Part shown: positions 36,830 through 45,647 of the stretch, one piece after another
How the letters are laid out: each line of letters begins with the position of its first letter
Position numbering within the stretch: the stretch's first letter is position 1
Assembly (NCBI GenBank): GCA_963790805.1
Contig: CAWBPL010000002.1
Coordinates: forward strand, 892,860 to 956,859
Length of the DNA: 64,000 nt
DNA from: Candidatus Gottesmanbacteria bacterium
GTDB lineage: Bacteria; Patescibacteriota; Microgenomatia; UBA10105; UBA927
Direction: 5' to 3'
Translations under genes and position numbers: made by a program
Notes under the pieces: model-generated
Told to the model about the DNA's origin: nothing
Database searches by the model: none
Seen by the model: only the letters and a program-made list of their open reading frames with translations

Positions 36830-37993
36830 ATGACGCTCCATAGGAACATTAAACTTCTTGCGTGGTTTAATTTTTTCATAGATTTTATTTTTTACGCACC
36901 GGTTGCGATACTGTATTTTGCTAAAGTTGCCGGATCCTATACGTTGGGCATGAGCGTGTTTTCCGTTGTAGAAATTTCCTCTGCGGCGTTTGAAATTCCG
37001 ACCGGCGTATTTTCGGACATGATCGGGCGGAAAAATACCGTTGTCGCCGGCGCGTTAAGTTGTCTTTTCGCCGTTGTCTGTTACGCTGTAGGCGGTACGT
37101 ATTGGATGTTGTTTATCGGCGCACTTCTTGAAGGTCTGGGCCGTTCATTTTACAGCGGCAATAATGATGCGCTTCTTCATGACAGTTTGGTAGAGTCGGG
37201 AAGCGAAAGCGAATATCACCGATACTTCGGTCGGCTTCAATCGTTTGATCAAATCGGTCTTGCCGTCGTTGCCGTCGTGGGAAGTCTTATGGCGAGCGTA
37301 TCGTTTCGTTTAGTCATGTGGACATCCGTTATACCTCGCATCATATTAGTTATTCTTGCGCTTCAGATGGTCGAGCCGAAAATCCATCTTGAAAAAAGTA
37401 CCAATATATTTTCGCATCTCAGAGAATCATTCATGCTGTTTAAGCAAAATGAAAAATTGCAGCTTCTTACAATTATTGATGCGGTCCGTTTTGCACTCGG
37501 AGAAGGTGCGTTTGTGTTCCGGTCGGCGTTTGTCGCAACGCTGTGGCCTTTATGGGCGGTCGGGTTTTCGAGCATGATCTCTTTTATCGGCGGCGCTGTG
37601 GGATTTTCGCTGAGCGGAGTGATTATAGATTCGCTTGGGTATAAAACAGTTCTCATATCCGAAATAATCGGCAATCGTATTATCAATTTTATTGCACTTC
37701 TTTTTCCCTCTGTGGCATCTCCGGCGCTTGTCGGATTGACCTCAGTGGGATATGGTCCCAGCACTGTCGCTATAAATACGCTGTTTCAAAAAGAGTTTAC
37801 CCAGCGGGAGCGCGCGACGTTGGGGTCGCTAAGCTCGCTTTTCGGCAGCATGACCTTTGGCGTCGTTGCCGTCGGTTTGGGATTTTTGGGCGATCGCGTG
37901 GGTCCGGTGAATACGCTTATTACAGTTAATATTCTTCTTTTGTCGCTTCTTTTTCTATATCAGCGGTTGTTTTCCCGAAAGCGTCCGGTTTAA
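36830..37993 (+). CDS. MFS transporter
   Basis: ~12 predicted TM helices, with the MFS loop motif ..GVFSDMIGRKNT.. between TM2 and TM3. Confidence 0.8.
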   Translation: MTLHRNIKLLAWFNFFIDFIFYAPVAILYFAKVAGSYTLGMSVFSVVEISSAAFEIPTGVFSDMIGRKNTVVAGALSCLFAVVCYAVGGTYWMLFIGALLEGLGRSFYSGNNDALLHDSLVESGSESEYHRYFGRLQSFDQIGLAVVAVVGSLMASVSFRLVMWTSVIPRIILVILALQMVEPKIHLEKSTNIFSHLRESFMLFKQNEKLQLLTIIDAVRFALGEGAFVFRSAFVATLWPLWAVGFSSMISFIGGAVGFSLSGVIIDSLGYKTVLISEIIGNRIINFIALLFPSVASPALVGLTSVGYGPSTVAINTLFQKEFTQRERATLGSLSSLFGSMTFGVVAVGLGFLGDRVGPVNTLITVNILLLSLLFLYQRLFSRKRPV

Positions 37994-38037
37994 GCTCTTT
38001 ACAGAAAATCATAAATCCCTGTATAGTAGTCTTATAT

Positions 38038-39186
38038 ATGAAATTTATCCGCCCGATTTTTCTATTTATCTTATTTCTCCTTGTTCTTCAAAGAGTACCC
38101 GCAATCTTTGCATTTGAAGTGCAAAGCGGCAAATCGGTTCAAATAGACAGGAGTCAATCGGTAATCGGGTCCCTTTTTGTCAGCGGCACGAATGTGGCTG
38201 TCGACGGCGCTGTGCATGGAGATGTGTATTGCGCAGGGGATCAGGTGACGATATCGAGTCTTGTTGACGGCGACGTGATTTGTGCGGCTCAATCGATTCA
38301 TATCACCGGCGTCGTTTTGGGAAACGTCCGGCTTGCCGCCAAAACTGTTGATATTGCAGGAACTGTCAAAGAAAACGGTACGATTTTGGCCCAGACCTTG
38401 ACGGTACCGGAATCAGGAAGGGTAAACGGGGAATTATTTACCGCCGTGCAGACGTTGGATGTGAACGGTCTTATCGGCAACACGATCGGCGGGTATGCCC
38501 AAGATTCTTCAATAGGCGGACGGGTAAACAACGATATTGACCTCTCGACGCAATCGCTTGATATCGGGCCAAAAGCGGTTATAGCGGGCGATCTTCGCTA
38601 TACGAGCGATACTGATGCGGTGATAGCAAAAGGCGCTTCGATTTCAGGGAAAGTGACAAAAACGACACCTAAAGAACAAACAAATACGTCTTCACCCGCC
38701 GTGACGAGTGCCCGTCGGTGGCCGGCCAACGCGATTCCCTCCATTCTCTGGAATTTAATTATCGGCATCCTTATTGTCCAGTTTTTCCCCACCATCACGG
38801 ATTTGATCGGCAAACATATAAAAGAATCGCCTGTCCGAACGGCGCTCGTTGGTTTGTTTGCACTTGTTGTCGTTCCCATGGTCGGGATAATCTTTGTTTT
38901 CACTCTCCTTGGAATTCCGATCGCGCTTCTTATATTTTTATTGTATGCGCTTGCGCTGGTCGTGTGCCGTGTATTTCTGGCGGTTCTCGTCGGAGAATAT
39001 ATCGTCGACAGTTTTTCGCCGAAGGCGAGTAGCAATAAATTTATCAATATGCTTATCGGCGTTCCGGTGCTCTGGTTTATTTTTAAAGCGCCGTATGTCG
39101 GCGGACTATTGAGTTTCATTGCCGTCATTTTAGGTTTAGGCGGCATGGTGCAGACGTACCGCTTTTCCAAACGTCGGGCGAAATAA
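38038..39186 (+). CDS. Membrane protein with an extracytoplasmic bactofilin-like (polymer-forming, beta-helical repeat) domain and a C-terminal multi-TM domain
   Basis: A signal/TM segment is followed by ~170 aa of degenerate repeats (G.V.GDV......V.I.G.V.GNV). Four or five TM helices follow. Confidence 0.55.
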   Translation: MKFIRPIFLFILFLLVLQRVPAIFAFEVQSGKSVQIDRSQSVIGSLFVSGTNVAVDGAVHGDVYCAGDQVTISSLVDGDVICAAQSIHITGVVLGNVRLAAKTVDIAGTVKENGTILAQTLTVPESGRVNGELFTAVQTLDVNGLIGNTIGGYAQDSSIGGRVNNDIDLSTQSLDIGPKAVIAGDLRYTSDTDAVIAKGASISGKVTKTTPKEQTNTSSPAVTSARRWPANAIPSILWNLIIGILIVQFFPTITDLIGKHIKESPVRTALVGLFALVVVPMVGIIFVFTLLGIPIALLIFLLYALALVVCRVFLAVLVGEYIVDSFSPKASSNKFINMLIGVPVLWFIFKAPYVGGLLSFIAVILGLGGMVQTYRFSKRRAK

Positions 39187-39199
39187 GGCTGCCACTTAT

Positions 39200-39228
39200 T
39201 TGACTTTAGCTTGGTTGCTTCGTACAAT
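39200..39228 (+). promoter_or_regulatory. Candidate promoter giving a leaderless transcript for ORF 39237
   Basis: TTGACT (39200-39205), a 17-nt spacer, then TACAAT (39223-39228). The ATG lies 8 nt downstream. Confidence 0.45.
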
Positions 39229-39236
39229 CCCGCCAT

Positions 39237-39560
39237 ATGCCTTTAACGGAAATAGGCGCCGGCAATGGTGCACGTCTTGGAGGAATTTATTGTCTCGGTA
39301 GCGGAGAAGCTGAACATCAGCCAGACACGTTACCCAACGGCCAGCCGGCAGCAGCAGAACCCGCGATTATGATGGATGCGCGGTATGCACAACAACAGGC
39401 GGTACTTCATATACAGGATGATCCTTCGCACACGGCCGTCGTGTTTTATTTTGATGCGAAGCATCCATTAACGGCAGAGGAATTAGCGGAAGCTCAAACT
39501 CTTGGAGTACCTGAGGGTGCAATACCTCTTTGCAGGCCTGAAGGTGCGCTTACTTATTAA
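39237..39560 (+). CDS. Hypothetical small acidic protein (107 aa)
   Basis: It is the only ORF in the interval and is preceded by a good promoter. I recognised no family. Its 3' end overlaps the convergent dsbB-like gene by 11 nt. Confidence 0.4.
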   Translation: MPLTEIGAGNGARLGGIYCLGSGEAEHQPDTLPNGQPAAAEPAIMMDARYAQQQAVLHIQDDPSHTAVVFYFDAKHPLTAEELAEAQTLGVPEGAIPLCRPEGALTY

Positions 39561-40107
39561 CCTTCGCCCTTTTGGAAAGGCGCATGAGAAGAAACATTGC
39601 GGCAAATGCCGACAATCCCATAACAGGAAACGTGACGTAGCCGATTTCAACCGGAAAATGCTGGGTACACGAGACGCCGCTGACGCCGCACGGCAGAAAA
39701 TTTGCGCCTCCGCGCTGGATGTAAAAATGATAGAGCGCGACGATGAATCCGGCGGCCGATAGTCCCATGCTGTAATCAGCGACCTCTTTGTCGTTTTTTA
39801 CGATTCCTAGGGCAATAAGGAGGGTCTGGGGGTACATGAAGATCCGCTGCCACCAGCAGAGCAAGCACGGCGCGAAGTGCCCGACGTTTTCATAAAACAG
39901 GCTTCCGCCCATGGCCGACAGGGCGATAATGAATGTAAGTATCCGTGCGTAGGGCAAAACGGCGTTCATGACGAAATTCCGAAGGTCGCGGACGGGTTTG
40001 ACGCCCAAGCCGATAAGCCAGCCCAAGAAGTACGCCGCAAGGCCGATATCGGTCGCGATGGTAAATCCGGTTATGACATAGGCAACGGGCATGAGAATCG
40101 GGTTCAT
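39550..40107 (-). CDS. Disulfide bond formation protein DsbB/BdbC family
   Basis: Four TM helices, with the first-loop CxxC in PCLLCWWQRIFMYP and a second Cys pair in LPCGVSGVSC. Confidence 0.8.
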   Translation of the reverse strand: MNPILMPVAYVITGFTIATDIGLAAYFLGWLIGLGVKPVRDLRNFVMNAVLPYARILTFIIALSAMGGSLFYENVGHFAPCLLCWWQRIFMYPQTLLIALGIVKNDKEVADYSMGLSAAGFIVALYHFYIQRGGANFLPCGVSGVSCTQHFPVEIGYVTFPVMGLSAFAAMFLLMRLSKRAKVNK

Positions 40108-40135
40108 GAAAGATAATTATATCAAATCCGGAGAT

Positions 40136-41638
40136 TTATTCCCTGTAGCTATTGAGTTTATTGGCAAGGTCGGTCATTTCGCTCTGAAGGGCGGCGTCCT
40201 GTTTGAGATAGGCGGTCTGGTCGTTGTTGAGCCAGACGTTTTTATCCATCGCGTAAACGATACCGGTAATATTCTGGATCCGTGTATTTATGATGTCGTT
40301 GATGCGGTCCACCTCGCTTTTGTGATCGGTGTAAAATTGCCCGTAGGTTGTGAGTTTCGCCCAGCTGGGCTGGACATTTTGGAGGCTGGTGAGCGCGTTT
40401 TTCCATGAGTTGACGACATCCTTCGTGTAATTGGGCGGCACCCAGCCGGCAAAATGGAGAACTACTACCTGCGCGGGGCAATTATTGAGCGACCCCTGTA
40501 CTTCGGCAATACCCATGTCACTGAAGTCTTTATCCGTCAGAAATGCCTTGCTGGAAGGCGATTCGAACATGTTGTCCAGAAGCTCACCCGCCTCGTAATA
40601 CCCCAATACCGCTGATTCGCCGTAGACGATATTACTGTATCCGGCATCCGCAACCGCCCGTTCCATCGTATAGCCGCTTCGCGTTGCGTCGAATGAAAAG
40701 TCATCGTACTCTAAAATGACCTTGCCGCGCGCGGTTGCCGACACTTCGAGTTTGGGCTGGTACTCAAGCGCCTGTTCCCCGAGCGTCCGGCGCTTGTTGT
40801 TTAAGAGCTTCATGAAGTCGATCTTATCGAGCGCAATTTTTGCGGATTCGGAAAAATCGTTGGTGGTGTCGCGCCAGTTTTTCGTCAGCGTTCCTTTCTG
40901 CGCCGCGAGGGGCAGGACATATTGAATGTCAGCGTTGTCAACCAGTCCCACATCCTGGCGCGAATCGCCGCTTGCTTTCCTGTTGTCGCCCATGATGAAG
41001 TATTTGTGCGGCGGGATGGTGATGGTCTGGCAATCCGGCAAAAAACTGCCGCCGAAGGTCGAGCGGGCACGCGCGGTGTAGGGTTCCTTCTGCGGCTGGC
41101 CGTTTATGGAGACAATGCCGTCGCGGATTTCGATCGTGTCGCCGGGGATCGCGATGACGCGTTTAACCAATCCCGATGCTTTTCCGTACAGCTGTTCGGT
41201 TAAGGCATCGATTTTTTTATTCTCCACAACGACGATATCGCCGTGGCCGATGACATCGTTAAAATATCTTTTTCCGAATAAAACTATCCCATTTGGGTAC
41301 CGGAACATACCCGGCGTTGACACAATCTGTTTTGAGAGCGCTTTTTGATCCTGCCCGACGCCTTTGGGAAACGTCGGATACATGGATCCTGTCCCCGAAA
41401 TATCAATCTCCTGCGCTATGTAGCCGGCTTTGTACATGATCGCATATCCGGCGGCGCCGTAGAGAGCCGCCCAAACGGGGAAGAGGACGAGACACGTGAG
41501 GAGAATGCCGACGATCCGGCGGGTGGGGGAATATTCGGATGCGGGACTTATGTGTTCCCGAAAGACGAAAAGCGGTAGGAAGAGAACGTATAAAAGGAAG
41601 AAGAAAATATTCCGTGATTTTTTCGGCGCGGTTTTCAC
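40136..41638 (-). CDS. lepB: Signal peptidase I (S26) fused to a C-terminal CAP/SCP (YkwD-like) domain and a helical tail
   Basis: S26 boxes are present: GTGSMYPTF (Ser), VKRVIAIPGD (Lys), and GDNRKASGDSR. A CAP-like segment follows (..LLNNKRR..LEYQPKLEVSA..GYSN..YGES...VVLHFAG). Confidence 0.8.
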   Translation of the reverse strand: MKTAPKKSRNIFFFLLYVLFLPLFVFREHISPASEYSPTRRIVGILLTCLVLFPVWAALYGAAGYAIMYKAGYIAQEIDISGTGSMYPTFPKGVGQDQKALSKQIVSTPGMFRYPNGIVLFGKRYFNDVIGHGDIVVVENKKIDALTEQLYGKASGLVKRVIAIPGDTIEIRDGIVSINGQPQKEPYTARARSTFGGSFLPDCQTITIPPHKYFIMGDNRKASGDSRQDVGLVDNADIQYVLPLAAQKGTLTKNWRDTTNDFSESAKIALDKIDFMKLLNNKRRTLGEQALEYQPKLEVSATARGKVILEYDDFSFDATRSGYTMERAVADAGYSNIVYGESAVLGYYEAGELLDNMFESPSSKAFLTDKDFSDMGIAEVQGSLNNCPAQVVVLHFAGWVPPNYTKDVVNSWKNALTSLQNVQPSWAKLTTYGQFYTDHKSEVDRINDIINTRIQNITGIVYAMDKNVWLNNDQTAYLKQDAALQSEMTDLANKLNSYRE

Positions 41639-41749
41639 AATTAAAATTTCTTAAGATGATTATATACCTTACCGGGATTTTCACTTTATGTCTATTGACT
41701 TGTAAGATACATTACAATTATGATTGTCGTACCTTAAGGAGGTACCCAT

Positions 41750-42112
41750 ATGTTGTCATTTAATTCTTTACTGGTTTTTTCCGAAGATCCGAAGAAGCTC
41801 TCCGCGTTTTACAAAAAAGTGTTTAACGTCGATGCCGGCTGGCAGCAGGGCGGCTATACGGGATTTCAGGTCGGAAACGGATTTTTCATGGTCGGACCGC
41901 ATGATAAAGTAAAAGGCAAAAACAAACAGCCCGAGCGCATGATGTTTAACCTCCAGACGAAAGATGTCGACGGAGAATTCAAACGCATCAAAGGCTATGG
42001 CACCAAAGTGGTTGCCAATCCGTATCATCCGGGAGAAGACAGCAAAATGACTTTAGCCACGTTCGAAGATCCGGACGGAAACTATTTCCAGCTGGCAACG
42101 CCGATGGAGTAG
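41750..42112 (+). CDS. VOC (glyoxalase/bleomycin-resistance) family protein
   Basis: 120 aa, with ..FEDPDGNYFQL.. near the C-terminus. SD AAGGAGG lies upstream. Confidence 0.8.
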   Translation: MLSFNSLLVFSEDPKKLSAFYKKVFNVDAGWQQGGYTGFQVGNGFFMVGPHDKVKGKNKQPERMMFNLQTKDVDGEFKRIKGYGTKVVANPYHPGEDSKMTLATFEDPDGNYFQLATPME

Positions 42113-42128
42113 AAAACGGTAGATCTTT

Positions 42129-42779
42129 CTAAACAGCGAGGCGGTCCCGCATGGCTTTGCGAAGAATTCCCCGTATGTCCGGTGGAGGGGGAGCAAACGG
42201 ATCATCCTTTTGATGGCGCACTAATTCCGTACCCTGCGAATCCGTTACAAGATATTCATACGGATAGTCGTGCGGGGATGGCGGGTCGCGAAAAAATCGC
42301 GTTTCACGGCTGACGCCCCGCATGCTTGTGATTTGACGTTCGAGTCTTGCCAGATAGGACGCATTTGCATGCGTTTCAAAATCCAGCCGCATCATATACC
42401 TGCCGTTTAATAGATAATGCCATGTCGTAACGTCGAGCGCTTTGCGGCCCCGTTCCACATCAAATGTCGCGCGCATAATCGGGAGCGACTGTGCATTAAC
42501 GTATGTAAGGCGTTCAAGGTATCTGTTGCCATACGGATGAAATATCTGCGCTTCAGAGGCTTTCAGGCCATCGTAATCGTCAAGCGGGGAGGGCACGTGA
42601 AGGATTCGCAACGCCGTAGGTCTCACGAGATTTTCTATCTGTGTCAGTGTCGGCGCAGGTCTAACGGCCATTTCCGCAAGTACATCCTGTGGTATCGGTA
42701 GCGTTTCGGTGACGAGTGCCGGTGCGAGAGAGTCAATAAACGAATCGGTAAAAACGGTGACTGTTTCGGTGTCTGCCAT
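42129..42779 (-). CDS. Hypothetical protein (216 aa), cotranscribed partner of the phosphorylase-like gene
   Basis: Its start lies 3 nt after the upstream stop. It is GC-rich with coding-like composition. I recognised no family. Confidence 0.55.
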   Translation of the reverse strand: MADTETVTVFTDSFIDSLAPALVTETLPIPQDVLAEMAVRPAPTLTQIENLVRPTALRILHVPSPLDDYDGLKASEAQIFHPYGNRYLERLTYVNAQSLPIMRATFDVERGRKALDVTTWHYLLNGRYMMRLDFETHANASYLARLERQITSMRGVSRETRFFRDPPSPHDYPYEYLVTDSQGTELVRHQKDDPFAPPPPDIRGILRKAMRDRLAV

Positions 42780-42782
42780 ACG

Positions 42783-44033
42783 TTACGCTACTTCAAATTG
42801 TCCTCGGATCGAGAATTTCGGGAAGACCCAAGATGGTGGTATGGCAAGCGGATGCGTTTGGTCGATCGTTTTCGATATTTCCTCGATCAATGCCCGTACT
42901 AATTCGCCGTTGTCCCCACCGTGCTTTTTCGCTTCCTCAACCACCGCATCATGTCCGACATCTTCGCTTTCAACGCCGACTATGTCGGTTGGAAGTCCCA
43001 AAATAAGAAGAGGAAATTCCTGTTCGCCGTATTTTTCGTGTCCATCAAGCTGTTCGCGCAGTTGCAGCATCCTAAGCATGTTCACGTCAAATGCGACGGC
43101 CATGTCAAAGAGCAGTGATGCCTTCGATCCTTCGCCAAGCGTTTCGACTGCTAATGTGTCAAGTTTTGCGCGGGCACGTTCAAACAGCACCTGTCCATCT
43201 GCCTGATCCATCGGATCCTGAAACTTCGGTGTATCAGCGGTTCCCACGGCTGCGACGGCACCGACTTTAATAGCGAATATATCCGCGAACCATTTCAGTT
43301 TCTTCGCAAGAACCGTGTCAGATCCGCGCCGGAGTTTCGGCTGGAACCGGATACCTTCCACCTTGTCCCATATGTCGTGCGGTCCGGCTCCTGCCGCCAG
43401 CACACCGCGTCCGCCGGCCCGTTCGGTGTACGACACGGCAACACCGATGTCACCTTTCTGAAGTTCGGTGGTTTCATCGGCGCCGGTTAAGTACGTGAGG
43501 ATGACGGCACACTGTTTCCCGCGCTCCCTTTGGCGTCGCATCAGTTCTTTGATGACGTTTAACGGCCGTCCGTAGAGCATTTCACCGAATTTATCTCCAA
43601 CGCCGGAGTATGCATGCGCCCGTCCGTTAAAAATCATTGCCGTATGGGTATTGTCTATTTTGAGCGCTCCGGCGACTCCCATATGCCCGCCAATGTCCGC
43701 GTGAAGGAGGTTTTGTAACGGTCCGGTACCGTACGGGGCTATTTCTGTGGCGTCATTCGGCGCTTCAAATCCTGCCGTATAGACGACGAATACGTTGGGC
43801 AATGCTATCCCTCTATTGTTGAAGTCCGCTTCGATAAGATCTGCCGTTTCGCGCACAAGATGGAGTTCCTGAAGTTGTGCTGCGGTTTTTATTTCATCCT
43901 GAAAGTTCGCATCAAGTTCACGCGAAGCGGCGTCAAATGCGTCGGCTGCGGGGAGTACGGCATCGGGGCCTAAAACGGCCTGTGCAAACTCTTTGCTGAT
44001 TACTCCTATTCGTCGATCCGCTTCTTCAGCCAT
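42783..44033 (-). CDS. Highly diverged nucleoside phosphorylase-like protein (PNP/MTAP fold, by-eye similarity only)
   Basis: Collinear weak matches to PunA-type PNP: IGGHMGVAGALKIDNTHTAMIFNGRAHAYSG versus GH.G.lv.G.l.g..v..mqGRfH.YEG; CAVILTYLTGAD..LQKGD versus lI.TNAAGg.n..f..GD; and GIRF versus G.RF. The catalytic signatures are altered. Confidence 0.4.
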   Translation of the reverse strand: MAEEADRRIGVISKEFAQAVLGPDAVLPAADAFDAASRELDANFQDEIKTAAQLQELHLVRETADLIEADFNNRGIALPNVFVVYTAGFEAPNDATEIAPYGTGPLQNLLHADIGGHMGVAGALKIDNTHTAMIFNGRAHAYSGVGDKFGEMLYGRPLNVIKELMRRQRERGKQCAVILTYLTGADETTELQKGDIGVAVSYTERAGGRGVLAAGAGPHDIWDKVEGIRFQPKLRRGSDTVLAKKLKWFADIFAIKVGAVAAVGTADTPKFQDPMDQADGQVLFERARAKLDTLAVETLGEGSKASLLFDMAVAFDVNMLRMLQLREQLDGHEKYGEQEFPLLILGLPTDIVGVESEDVGHDAVVEEAKKHGGDNGELVRALIEEISKTIDQTHPLAIPPSWVFPKFSIRGQFEVA

Positions 44034-44130
44034 ATGATGTTTTGTGCAGGGTACTTGGAGATCCTACTGCAACGCCCCGCCGACGTCAAGAAAGAAGGGA
44101 ATTTGGTAGTGGGTCAATTTGATATGAGAA

Positions 44131-44154
44131 CAAAAACCCCGCCAAAAGCGGGGC
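44131..44154 (-). terminator. Rho-independent terminator of the AT-rich gene 44178-44702
   Basis: On the minus strand the stem is CCCCGC/GCGGGG (plus-strand 44137-44142 / 44148-44153) with a 5-nt loop, followed by TTTTTG. Confidence 0.65.
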
Positions 44155-44177
44155 TATCTATACTTTAAACCGATTTA

Positions 44178-44702
44178 TTAAATACCCTTAACTGTTGTTT
44201 CAGAAGAGCGAATCATGTTTCCCCTTTCTGTATTAAAATTTTTTAGCACCACTAATACTATACCACCAATGACAAGTAGTACAAAAGCAGTAGTTAATAA
44301 TCTATTCTTTACGGTAACATGATTATTATCAGAAGATATTGATGTTATATATTCATCTCTAATATATTCTTTAAATTCCATTGCATTTTTATATTTTAGT
44401 TCTTTATGTTCTTTAAAATCAGTAGGTATATCCCAGTTAACTGGTCGAACTGCAATCATCAATAACGAGATTGCTATAATATATAAAGCTAGACCCAGCC
44501 AATAAAAAATTTTACCGTAGTTTTGAGCAGGAATAAACAGATCGCCATTACCATATAAAAAAGCTAAAATTCCGAGTGAACCCGCAAGGAATGTTAAAAT
44601 TCTATTTTTAGTATTTGTATAATTTTCACATATCTCATCATACATTCTGTGAAGTTCTTCAATGCTTAGTTGGAGGGCGATGTTTTTCTCATCTGAGTTC
44701 AT
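44178..44702 (-). CDS. AT-rich orphan 3-TM protein; architecture reminiscent of small defense-associated membrane effectors (DUF5706/Pycsar-effector- or SLATT-like)
   Basis: An N-terminal helix is followed by two TM helices, a ~55-aa soluble insert and a third TM helix. Composition is strongly AT-biased relative to the neighbours. The family assignment comes from architecture only. Confidence 0.5.
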   Translation of the reverse strand: MNSDEKNIALQLSIEELHRMYDEICENYTNTKNRILTFLAGSLGILAFLYGNGDLFIPAQNYGKIFYWLGLALYIIAISLLMIAVRPVNWDIPTDFKEHKELKYKNAMEFKEYIRDEYITSISSDNNHVTVKNRLLTTAFVLLVIGGIVLVVLKNFNTERGNMIRSSETTVKGI

Positions 44703-44779
44703 CGAGAGGATAATAGCACCATATCCTCAATTTTCCAAATTGAAATTGTACGTCATTAATTTGTGTTACAATTTGCTTC

Positions 44780-45643
44780 ATGAATGGAGAAATTCAGACG
44801 ATAAAACTCAAAGACGGGCGGAGGCTTGCGTTTGTTGAGTATGGTGATCCGAAAGGGAAACCGCTCATGTATTTCCACGGTTGGCCGGCGTCGCACTTAA
44901 GCGCTGCAAAATATGACGCGCTTGCCAAAAAAATGCACATTCGCGTGATCGCACCGGACAGGTCCGGATACGGGTTGTCGGATTTCAAAAAGGGAAGGAC
45001 GATTCTTGACTGGCCGCGCGATGTGGTGGAATTGGCAAATTTTTTAAAGATACAAAAGTTTGCCGTTTTGGGAGTCAGCGGCGGGGGACCGTATGCCGCC
45101 GTGTGCGGTTATGCTATCCCCAAGCGACTTACCAATGTAGGAATCGCCGTCGGGCTGTCGCCGATTATCGGACCCCATATGTTTGACGGCATGATGTGGA
45201 TGTCGCGAGTGGGATGGATGACATACGGCAAAGCTCCCGTTGTGCGGTTTCTGGCGGCGTGGATACAGTATATTAATTCGCGCTGGGGCCCCACGTGGGG
45301 CATTTACGGACATCTCTTCGGAGCCAAAGCGGATAAGAAATTCTATGAAGACCGCGAAACGCGTCTTGCCACCAAAGAGATTTTCCGCGAAGCATTCCGG
45401 CAGGGATGGCGTGGGCCGGAACTGGATTTGAAATTATATACGACGGACTGGGGATTTGAGGTTGGTGCCATCACATCCAAAACATATCTCTGGTATGGCG
45501 CGAGTGACCAGAACGTGTCCCTTAACATGGGTAAGTATTATGCAAACCATATTAAAGGAAGTAAACTGACGGTGTTTGCAGGCGGAGGCCACATGATTTC
45601 CGTGACGCACGCGCCGGAAATTTTTAAAACTTTGATACAATAA
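44780..45643 (+). CDS. Alpha/beta hydrolase
   Basis: HGWP oxyanion motif (YFHGWPAS), nucleophile elbow GVSGGG, and a C-terminal ..GGGH.. His. An extended -10 TGTTACAAT lies at 44764-44772, 7 nt before the ATG. Confidence 0.85.
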   Translation: MNGEIQTIKLKDGRRLAFVEYGDPKGKPLMYFHGWPASHLSAAKYDALAKKMHIRVIAPDRSGYGLSDFKKGRTILDWPRDVVELANFLKIQKFAVLGVSGGGPYAAVCGYAIPKRLTNVGIAVGLSPIIGPHMFDGMMWMSRVGWMTYGKAPVVRFLAAWIQYINSRWGPTWGIYGHLFGAKADKKFYEDRETRLATKEIFREAFRQGWRGPELDLKLYTTDWGFEVGAITSKTYLWYGASDQNVSLNMGKYYANHIKGSKLTVFAGGGHMISVTHAPEIFKTLIQ

Positions 45644-45647
45644 TTTT

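Noticed and set aside
38598-39236. A 212-aa minus-strand ORF.
   Set aside because: It is antisense to the C-terminal membrane domain of the bactofilin-like gene. Its composition is a mirror image of TM-coding sequence, and it has no start context or motifs.
42709-43206. A 165-aa plus-strand ORF (and a similar one on the minus strand, antisense to atpF, at 48179-48679).
   Set aside because: These are Ser/Ala/Cys/Arg-rich antisense frames of GC-rich or repetitive coding sequence. I see no independent evidence that they code for protein.
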